A stretch of 32,000 nucleotides of DNA from Erysipelotrichaceae bacterium (lineage in GTDB: Bacteria; Bacillota_I; Bacilli_A; Erysipelotrichales; Coprobacillaceae), in the NCBI GenBank assembly GCA_028698185.1, contig JAQVDW010000006.1:1-32000 (forward strand). Reading direction: 5' to 3'. The notes under the pieces are model-generated. The model saw nothing but the letters and a program-made list of their open reading frames with translations, ran no database searches and was not told the DNA's origin. This document shows positions 26,378 through 32,000 of the stretch, one piece after another. How positions within the stretch are numbered: position 1 is the first letter of the stretch; every line of letters starts with the position of its first letter. Made by a program: the position numbers and the translations under genes.

Positions 26378-26857
26378 TCAATCCCGGGCAATTTTAGCAA
26401 CGGTTCCATTAAGCAATCCCACAATCTCATCTTTTCCCACAGCCATCTGGTATCCCCTTTTGCCAGCTGAGACGAGTATGGTCTCCATTGAGGCGACCGC
26501 ATCGTCGAAATAAACCGGAAAAGGCTTCTTGAGTCCGACCGGGGAACAGCCGCCCCGCAGGTAGCCGGTGATGGCAAAAAGGTCCTTCAAGTTGATCAGC
26601 TCAACTTTCTTGTTCCGGCTTACCTTCGCCAGGGCCTTGAGGTCGATTTCGCGGTCTATGGAAATGCAGGCCACCAGATAGCCGTGTTCGCTTTGACAGA
26701 CGATTGTCTTGAGATGGTTGGCCAACGGGTAGGTCGCCTTGGCCTTGATCTTGTCGATCAGATCGACATTCTCGTCGTAACCGACTTCCTGAATCTCATA
26801 TTTGATCTTATGGTTGTCTAGAATCCTCAGTGCGTTCGTTTTGAATTTTTTTGCCAT
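26378..26857 (-). CDS. ybaK: Cys-tRNA(Pro)/Cys-tRNA(Cys) deacylase, YbaK/EbsC family
   Basis: 159 aa starting MAKKFKTNALRILD, with ...ITGYLRGGCSPVG in the family core. I trimmed the start to ATG 26857, which has a GGAGGG RBS. Confidence 0.88.
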   Translation of the reverse strand: MAKKFKTNALRILDNHKIKYEIQEVGYDENVDLIDKIKAKATYPLANHLKTIVCQSEHGYLVACISIDREIDLKALAKVSRNKKVELINLKDLFAITGYLRGGCSPVGLKKPFPVYFDDAVASMETILVSAGKRGYQMAVGKDEIVGLLNGTVAKIARD

Positions 26858-26869
26858 ATTCCCTCCTAC

Positions 26870-26892
26870 AAAAAAAGCCCCCTTGCGGGGAC
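26870..26892 (-). terminator. Intrinsic terminator of ptsH
   Basis: A short all-GC stem (cccc/gggg, tetraloop) on the minus strand, followed by seven U. Confidence 0.5.
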
Positions 26893-26899
26893 CCAATTT

Positions 26900-27169
26900 T
26901 TATTCTGCTACTTTTTGTTCTTTGATTACTTTCGCAATTGAAGCGATAGCATCTTTTTCGTCTTCACCTTCAGCTACAACTTCAACAGTTGCTTTTGTAG
27001 GTACGCCTAAAGACATAACACCCATGATTGATTTTAAGTTAACTGATTTACCATTGTAAGTTAAAGTAATATCAGATGTGAATTTGCTTGCTTGGTTTAC
27101 TAAAATAGTAGCTGGACGAGCATGTAATCCTACAGGATCAGATACTACGAATGATAATTTTTCTGCCAT
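26900..27169 (-). CDS. ptsH: Phosphocarrier protein HPr
   Basis: 89 aa with the His15 site GLHARPA and the regulatory Ser46 site NLKSIMGVMSLG. AAGGAGGA RBS. Confidence 0.96.
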   Translation of the reverse strand: MAEKLSFVVSDPVGLHARPATILVNQASKFTSDITLTYNGKSVNLKSIMGVMSLGVPTKATVEVVAEGEDEKDAIASIAKVIKEQKVAE

Positions 27170-27201
27170 TTTCTTGACTTCCTCCTTGAATTTATAAAAT
27201 C

Positions 27202-27229
27202 ATTATAGCACCTGAAGCCTTGATTGAAA
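27202..27229 (-). promoter_or_regulatory. Promoter of ptsH
   Basis: Minus-strand extended -10 TGcTATAAT (TATAAT at 27202-27207) with TTTCAA at 27224-27229 and a 16-nt spacer. Confidence 0.6.
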
Positions 27230-27241
27230 AGGGTTTTTTGC

Positions 27242-27288
27242 AAAAAAAATGCGCTTACACAATTGATTGATAATAAGCGCATTTTTTT
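27242..27288. terminator. Bidirectional intrinsic terminator downstream of the methyltransferase-like gene
   Basis: A 9-bp stem atgcgctta / taagcgcat with a 16-nt loop. An 8-A run precedes it and a 7-T run follows. Confidence 0.7.
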
Positions 27289-27291
27289 GGA

Positions 27292-28335
27292 TTATTCAGG
27301 CTTTTTGGCCACAAGTATAAAGCGATAAGTTGTCAGGTCGAAGTGCGAATTTTCTTTTATCGACTTCGAAGCATTGAGATAGAACGACATGAACGATTCG
27401 GCCGTTTCCACCTTGGCGGGTACAATCCCCTTGGTGAAGTTGACCAGGGCCTTGATCGAGTTGAATCTGATGAACCCGCGGTCCTCATGCGATTCCTCGA
27501 TTTCAAAACCGATCTGGCGCAGGGTCTCCTGGGCACTATTCAAATCCCATTGTCCCTTGATCCGAAACGGAATGAACGAGTGCATTATTTCCTTGTAGTT
27601 GTCGGTGCCGAGCTGTTCGATTATGACCCGGCCTCCGGGTTTAAGAATCCGCCACATCTCGTACTTGTCGTAGTTGGCCATGGCGGAGATAACCACATCG
27701 AGTTTTTCCTCCTTGAAAGGCATCTGGCCCTCAGGAGTCAATCTGGTTACTTTGACCTGGTCATCAAACTGGACTCCACTTGCCAGGTTGTTGATATCGA
27801 CCAGATAAGTTATCGGCGGCAGGTTGCGCAAGGTCTTCATGAATTTGCCCCCATCGCTGGCCATGACCGCCAGATGGTCTTCTGGTTCGAGATATTTTTC
27901 AAGAACCTGGTTGGTTTCGTATTTTGGCGTAGCGATATCGACAACCTCGCTATAATCGGGATTGCTTTTCGCTTCGGTTATCTGCTTTAAAAGCTCCTGA
28001 TATTCGCCGATGAACTTCTTGAAGCGGCGTTTGGCATACTGGTAGCCTAGCCACTGGCTCAAGACATCACCTAAAGTCGCGGTGGCCACAAGACCGAGAA
28101 TCTCCAAAATCCATTGGAACGAACCCAAAGCGGCATCGCTGATGGTCAGGTAAGTCAGACCGGCCACGATGATCATCAGGGTATTGCGCCGGTAATGGAA
28201 CGGTTTGGAAAAACGGTTATAGTAATATGCCAGGCCCCGTTTCTGGGCCTGATAGTTTTCCAACTCCATTGTAATGATTTTGAACAATGTCAGCATTATT
28301 AAAATCTCGATTAAAAAAATCGTGTAATAACTCAT
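27292..28335 (-). CDS. Membrane-anchored class I methyltransferase-fold protein with a degenerate SAM-binding motif I
   Basis: 347 aa with about three N-terminal TM helices, then an MTase-like domain with motif II-like LDVVIS and motif III-like ILKPGGRVII. The glycine-rich motif I position reads LAVMASDGGKF. Its start abuts the stop of the upstream lipoprotein gene. Confidence 0.75.
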   Translation of the reverse strand: MSYYTIFLIEILIMLTLFKIITMELENYQAQKRGLAYYYNRFSKPFHYRRNTLMIIVAGLTYLTISDAALGSFQWILEILGLVATATLGDVLSQWLGYQYAKRRFKKFIGEYQELLKQITEAKSNPDYSEVVDIATPKYETNQVLEKYLEPEDHLAVMASDGGKFMKTLRNLPPITYLVDINNLASGVQFDDQVKVTRLTPEGQMPFKEEKLDVVISAMANYDKYEMWRILKPGGRVIIEQLGTDNYKEIMHSFIPFRIKGQWDLNSAQETLRQIGFEIEESHEDRGFIRFNSIKALVNFTKGIVPAKVETAESFMSFYLNASKSIKENSHFDLTTYRFILVAKKPE

Positions 28336-29757
28336 CTACTCACCTCTTTGATAAACAATGTTGCCCTCCAAGTCGAAAACCACCTTATCGCCACCATAAA
28401 GGTAGCCATCGAGATAAACGACATCTCCTTCATAATGGAAGATTTCCGTACCATCAGCCATATCATATACATAGTATACCCCAGCTTTGGCAAAAACGCC
28501 AATCAAGTGATCCCCGCCTTGATAGATCTCGCCGCTGCCCACAAATGTGTCATCGATCAAAACGGTGCCGTTGGCTGAGATGACCTGATAACTGGTATTG
28601 TCGCTATAAGCGCCATAAAATCCCGGTGCGATGACATTGATGGCCTCTTTGTTCGCGACTTGCATATTTCCTTCTATATCGATCAGGGCATATTGGCCGT
28701 CCCGTTTGACGATAGCCACATTGTCACGGGTGAATGGCGATACTTCATCATAGAAATCCATAATTGCCTGGGTCCCGTCGTAATTGTAATAGGTGAACCC
28801 TTGGTCACGGACATAAACCGGAATCAGTCCGTTTACACACAGGCTGCCAAATGGAGCAAGCTGGATGTCATTGACCTCGACCTGGGTCCCGTCGTTATAG
28901 AACTGATGGGGTCCGTATACCTTGCTTGTGTTCTTAGTGATGTATGAACCGCTGTTGTAATAATAGCTGTTAAGTTTGATCAAATTCCCATTGGCGAGAT
29001 CGACGATGATATTGTCAGTCGACTCGACCAGAATCAAATTGTCAAGTTCGTCAAAATAGCAGCGGTCAAAAGCAACGACCAGATCGCAGATGACGGTGTC
29101 GGTCTGATCGACCACAACCATCCGGCGATTGTCTTTGTCATATAGGACATCACCGATGGCATCGCTTGAGGCGACTGCCTCAAAACTTCCCAGCACCCCA
29201 AGATTGACGGGATTTTCAGGATCGCTGTAATCCATGACGACATTTCCTGAGGGCAATGAAACAAACAGCTCATCGGCGCCTAGGGAAACGTTGTCGATTT
29301 CTTCCTCGGTTTGGTAAAGCACCGCCCCGGTCTCGCTTAAAATCGTCGAGGTGTCATTCTGGGTGATGACAAACAAATCATCGACCAATATTTGGACGCT
29401 GTCGCTTGATTGATATGCAACCTTGCCATCCTGGTCGTATATAGTTGTCAGGATTTTGTCGTCTTGTTCTGCCGTGATTGCAAACAGCTGCCCCACGACT
29501 TTCAAATCCCCAAGTTCAAACTGGCTCAATATTTTGCCAGATTCATTTATTAATTCGATATTTTCTTCACTTATTCCAACGTAATTGCTTTTGAGTTTAT
29601 CTAATTCTATATATTTAAAATCAACGACCAGTTCGCCCTCGCCATTGACGAGCGCATGAAGGCCCAGATTGTTTTCAATAATTATATCCTTATTTTCATT
29701 GCCAGAACATCCTGTAAGCAAAAAACATACCGATAAAGTCAGTATAATTTTTTTCAT
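28336..29757 (-). CDS. Lipoprotein with degenerate WG/beta-propeller-like repeats
   Basis: Signal peptide plus lipobox MKKIILTLSVCFLLTG|C. The mature part is built of recurring approximately 35-40 aa D/G/Y-rich modules (for example DGQYALIDIEGN, DQDGKVAYQSSD). The ATG at 29757 sits 6 nt after AAGGAGA; the track start at 29763 is too close to the RBS. Confidence 0.8.
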   Translation of the reverse strand: MKKIILTLSVCFLLTGCSGNENKDIIIENNLGLHALVNGEGELVVDFKYIELDKLKSNYVGISEENIELINESGKILSQFELGDLKVVGQLFAITAEQDDKILTTIYDQDGKVAYQSSDSVQILVDDLFVITQNDTSTILSETGAVLYQTEEEIDNVSLGADELFVSLPSGNVVMDYSDPENPVNLGVLGSFEAVASSDAIGDVLYDKDNRRMVVVDQTDTVICDLVVAFDRCYFDELDNLILVESTDNIIVDLANGNLIKLNSYYYNSGSYITKNTSKVYGPHQFYNDGTQVEVNDIQLAPFGSLCVNGLIPVYVRDQGFTYYNYDGTQAIMDFYDEVSPFTRDNVAIVKRDGQYALIDIEGNMQVANKEAINVIAPGFYGAYSDNTSYQVISANGTVLIDDTFVGSGEIYQGGDHLIGVFAKAGVYYVYDMADGTEIFHYEGDVVYLDGYLYGGDKVVFDLEGNIVYQRGE

Positions 29758-29782
29758 CCACATTCTCCTTAAAACAAAAGTT

Positions 29783-29791
29783 ATTATAGCA
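29783..29791 (-). promoter_or_regulatory. Extended -10 promoter of the lipoprotein / methyltransferase-like operon
   Basis: Minus strand TGcTATAAT (TATAAT at 29783-29788, TG at 29790-29791), about 13 nt upstream of the RBS. Confidence 0.55.
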
Positions 29792-30135
29792 TGACTGGGA
29801 AAAATAGACTATAGCTAAATTGTTGTAAATTATGTGAATTGTGGGATTTCTCGGGCAAATCGCGGTTCAAAGAGATTTTCAATAACCGCATGATTTTTCA
29901 TTTTTTCATGCCACTCCCGTTTCACCGGTGATGATATGTAACCTATGTTCGTGCTTGAAGTCTGATGAATGGTCATAACCGCTCTTGTTCAGTAAAAAAG
30001 CCCCGCCATGGCAAACAGCCTTGCCATTGGTTCATGGTAATTATTGTTTGGACAATCAGTTTTAAAAGAACAATGCCCAAGACAAGAATGGAACCGCTTC
30101 TCTCCAAAACTGAATGAAAACCCTTTCACTATTGA

Positions 30136-30164
30136 TTGAGCAATGATTTGATTTGTGATAAAAT
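30136..30164 (+). promoter_or_regulatory. Candidate promoter of the SDR gene
   Basis: TTGAGC (30136-30141), a 17-nt spacer, then TGaTAAAAT (TAAAAT at 30159-30164). Confidence 0.45.
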
Positions 30165-30226
30165 ACTTGTGAAGATAGATACTTTGAATCATTTGATTTG
30201 ACAATTAGATCAAGGAGGTCATTATT

Positions 30227-30991
30227 ATGTATGATTTAACAGGAAAAGCGGTAGTTGTAACCGGAGCCTCATCAGGCATGGGTGAAGAAATCGTCCGTCT
30301 GTTTGTGCACCAGGGAGCCAATGTGGTGGCTGCCGCTCGCCGCAAGGAGCGCCTGGATGCGCTGGTTGATTCGCTCAATGACGAACCCGGCAATATTGTC
30401 GCCTACACCGGCGATGTTTCCAAGCGTGAAGACGCCGAAGGCATGATCGATGCTGCCATCAGGGCTTATGGCAAGCTGGACCTGCTGATAAACAACGCCG
30501 GGGTTATGGATGACATGGCGCCTATAGGCAGTTTCTCTGACGAGAAGTATGAGCAAGTCATGGCGGTTAACTTGTATGGGCCAATGGCAACCATGCGCAA
30601 GGCCTGTCAGGTATTTTTACAGCAGGGCAACGGTGGCAATATCATCAACATCTCCTCCATAGGCTCGATGCATCAGGCGGCCGGACCCATCTACTGCGCT
30701 TCCAAGGCCGCATTGAACGCCATGTCCAAGAACACCGCCTACATGTATCAAAAGGAAGGGATTCGCTGCAATATGATCGCACCTGGTGGCATAAAAAACA
30801 CCGAGATCGGTTCAGGCATGGGTACGCCAAACGTGGAAGGCTATAACAAGCTTCAGGGCGTACTGAAACTAGCTCCCCCTCCTGGTGAACCATCCGATGT
30901 TGCCAAAGTCGCACTTTTTTTAGCTAGCGATTTGGCCTCTTATATCAACGGGGCGATCATTCCTGTTGACGGCGGCTGGATTGCCTTCTAA
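30227..30991 (+). CDS. Short-chain dehydrogenase/reductase (classical SDR)
   Basis: 254 aa with TGASSGMG (TGxxxGxG), NNAG and the catalytic YCASKAA (YxxxK). AAGGAGG RBS. Confidence 0.92.
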   Translation: MYDLTGKAVVVTGASSGMGEEIVRLFVHQGANVVAAARRKERLDALVDSLNDEPGNIVAYTGDVSKREDAEGMIDAAIRAYGKLDLLINNAGVMDDMAPIGSFSDEKYEQVMAVNLYGPMATMRKACQVFLQQGNGGNIINISSIGSMHQAAGPIYCASKAALNAMSKNTAYMYQKEGIRCNMIAPGGIKNTEIGSGMGTPNVEGYNKLQGVLKLAPPPGEPSDVAKVALFLASDLASYINGAIIPVDGGWIAF

Positions 30992-31112
30992 AAGAGTCAT
31001 CAGCAGTCTCTTAATATTGCGGCTTGCATTATTGCCGGATGGAACAGCCCTCATTTTTCAGGGCCTGCAATAGACGTGACGTGGTTGGCTTCTAGGACTT
31101 TGAAGCTTATGT

Positions 31113-31152
31113 AAGATGGCTGGAAATCTTTTGATTTCCAGCCATCTTTATT
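31113..31152 (+). terminator. Strong hairpin / + strand intrinsic terminator
   Basis: A perfect 16-bp stem aagatggctggaaatc / gatttccagccatctt (31113-31128 / 31133-31148) with a tttt loop, followed by tatt. It lies about 120 nt after the SDR stop. Confidence 0.7.
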
Positions 31153-31239
31153 GCGTACCGGCAATGGCGGCACCGTTGGTAAACGGCCTTGAAAACCTTG
31201 AACAAACAGATGCTCATGTTTGCCCAATCGCAGGGACGG

Positions 31240-31269
31240 GGGCGACAAAAAAAGAGCTTTCGCCCTTTT
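31240..31269 (+). terminator. Second + strand terminator-like hairpin
   Basis: gggcga / tcgccc stem with a 14-nt A-rich loop, then tttta. On the minus strand (just after the small ORF stop) no U-tract follows it. Confidence 0.4.
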
Positions 31270-31483
31270 ATAAGTATAATGCTTCTTCGTTTTTTACCGT
31301 TTGACCATCTTTGAAAGTAGCCACATAGTAAACCGCTGCCATTTCAGGTTTGAAATAAATTTCAAGCGATTCCATTTTAGTTACTTTGTACCCTTGCTCT
31401 TTCAATTCTTCTCTTACTGCTTTTTCAATTTCTTTTACTTCACTGTTTTTCTCGTTGAATTGCACGTTGATTGTTGTTGTCAT
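31268..31483 (-). CDS. Small hypothetical protein (71 aa, Lys/Glu-rich), low G+C
   Basis: Strong AGGAGGG RBS 7 nt upstream of the ATG, and its own promoter. By hand count it is about 34% G+C, against about 50% in neighbouring genes. I could not assign a family with confidence. Confidence 0.7.
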   Translation of the reverse strand: MTTTINVQFNEKNSEVKEIEKAVREELKEQGYKVTKMESLEIYFKPEMAAVYYVATFKDGQTVKNEEALYL

Positions 31484-31517
31484 AAATATCCCTCCTAGTA
31501 TTTTAAATCATATAAAA

Positions 31518-31546
31518 AATATAACACAGTTATAAAAAGTATACAA
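31518..31546 (-). promoter_or_regulatory. Promoter of the 71-aa ORF
   Basis: Minus strand reads TTGTAT (31541-31546), a 17-nt spacer ending in TGT, then TATATT (31518-31523). Confidence 0.6.
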
Positions 31547-31868
31547 ATAAATTTAAAAAGTTTCTTTTAAAATTCTTAATTTAGTAAAAAAACACGATGA
31601 ATTCATGTGATTTTTAGAAATTAGCAGCTACATTTTCACCAGTGTTTTAAGAATCATTTTCAATATCAGTGTAGTAATATCTAAGTTTTTTTCATTTTCT
31701 ATATAAATTTTTATAACTCATTTAAACATATATGTAGAATTATATAAGTTTTTTCCAAAAACTTAAAAAACTTTTATAACTTTTTTAAAACTTTATACAA
31801 AAGCCCTCCAAACCTCATCATATCAGGCGATCAAGCCGGACCTTTGGACGGGGAAATCTTTTATTCCA

Positions 31869-31905
31869 CAAAAAAAGATGGCCGCATTTGTTTATGCTTC
31901 CATCT
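31869..31905 (-). terminator. Intrinsic terminator of the partial gene at the window end
   Basis: Minus-strand stem gatgg..gcat / atgc..ccatc with an internal loop, followed by eight U (a-run 31869-31876 on +). Confidence 0.65.
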
Positions 31906-31918
31906 CAGTTTTTAAATA

Positions 31919-32000
31919 TTATTGAAATTTTCCGCGGGCATGTTGCTTTCTCAACTGTTCAGTCAAGTAGCGTTTTCTTAGACGGATATTCTCTGGTGTA
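31919..32000 (-). CDS. 3' end of an unidentified gene (partial; basic C-terminus ...TPENIRLRKRYLTEQLRKQHARGKFQ)
   Basis: An open frame runs off the window edge and ends at TAA (31919-31921), followed by a terminator. Confidence 0.5.
   Translation of the reverse strand, partial: TPENIRLRKRYLTEQLRKQHARGKFQ

Noticed and set aside
5708-26896. N-terminal extensions in the ORF track: thiW to 6349, comFC from 8386, degV to 11755, yigZ from 11750, the hydrolase from 19105, ybaK to 26896, the dUTPase-like gene from 12409 and the lipoprotein to 29763.
   Set aside because: In each case an internal ATG with a well-spaced SD matches the usual family N-terminus. The extensions run into promoters, the riboswitch or neighbouring genes.
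24527-27169. Locally lower G+C in ptsH and in the 3' third of pgm, as a possible sign of recombination or horizontal transfer.
   Set aside because: Both are typically highly expressed genes, so codon-usage bias is the simpler explanation. I cannot compute codon adaptation here, so I make no claim.
29989-30204. 71-aa ORF from the track in the lipoprotein-SDR spacer.
   Set aside because: It has a TTG start, no SD and no recognisable domain, and it runs through the predicted SDR promoter. I treated it only as part of a possible decayed gene (see findings).
31051-31304. Track ORFs 31051-31248 (-) and 31116-31304 (+) in the convergent spacer.
   Set aside because: Both read straight through the 16-bp terminator hairpin, lack SDs and overlap each other. 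They are most likely non-coding.
31861-31870. DnaA-box-like ttattccaca next to the AT-rich stretch; possible replication origin.
   Set aside because: It is a single imperfect match (one extra base relative to TTATCCACA). There is no cluster of boxes and no dnaA or dnaN nearby.
1-32000. Alternative genetic code (TGA as Trp), considered because of Mollicutes-like gene linkage.
   Set aside because: metY, the HAD gene, comFA, comFC and pulA all terminate at TGA at the expected protein lengths. All large genes are intact under the standard code.
1-32000. Search for CRISPR arrays, IS or transposase ends, integrases, tRNA/rRNA/tmRNA/RNase P/SRP-like sequences and defence-island gene types.
   Set aside because: I saw none by eye. 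There are no regularly spaced repeats, no tRNA-like T-loop contexts in intergenic DNA, and no nuclease, methylase or ATPase clusters beyond the housekeeping genes listed.

Overview
This is a 32-kb, gene-dense chromosomal window from a Bacillota-type genome. Genes are roughly 45-50% G+C and use the standard code with TGA as a stop. HPr, DegV, ThiW, ComFA/ComFC, pth-mfd and a ptsH unlinked from ptsI hint at an Erysipelotrichia/Mollicutes-related lineage, at low confidence. I support 27 complete CDS, one partial CDS, a TPP riboswitch, about a dozen intrinsic terminators and several sigma-A-like promoters. Left to right the content is: metY; a divergent HTH-S24 (LexA/HdiR-like) regulator and UmuC-type Y-family polymerase with a coupled 89-aa ORF; a GNAT; riboswitch-controlled thiW-thiC; a Cof-type HAD; comFA-comFC; a ClC channel; degV; yigZ plus a degenerate dimeric-dUTPase-like gene; pulA-pth-mfd; an alpha/beta hydrolase; pgm then glgB-glgP; ybaK; ptsH; a lipoprotein plus membrane-anchored methyltransferase-like pair; an SDR; and a small low-GC ORF beside a ~17% G+C spacer. 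I saw no rRNA, tRNA, CRISPR, transposase, integrase, phage or recognisable defence genes. I could not identify a clear-cut novel multi-gene system. The best candidates for a second look are: (1) the insulated SOS-mutagenesis module with a non-Cheo-box operator architecture and an uncharacterised coupled small ORF; (2) the translationally coupled lipoprotein / TM-anchored methyltransferase-like pair with a degenerate SAM motif; (3) a dUTPase-like protein that has lost its acidic metal ligands; (4) an alpha-glucan locus with branching enzyme and phosphorylase but no synthase genes, with a terminator directly abutting the glgB RBS; (5) three unexplained non-coding stretches at 29.8-30.1 kb, 31.0-31.27 kb and 31.5-31.8 kb.
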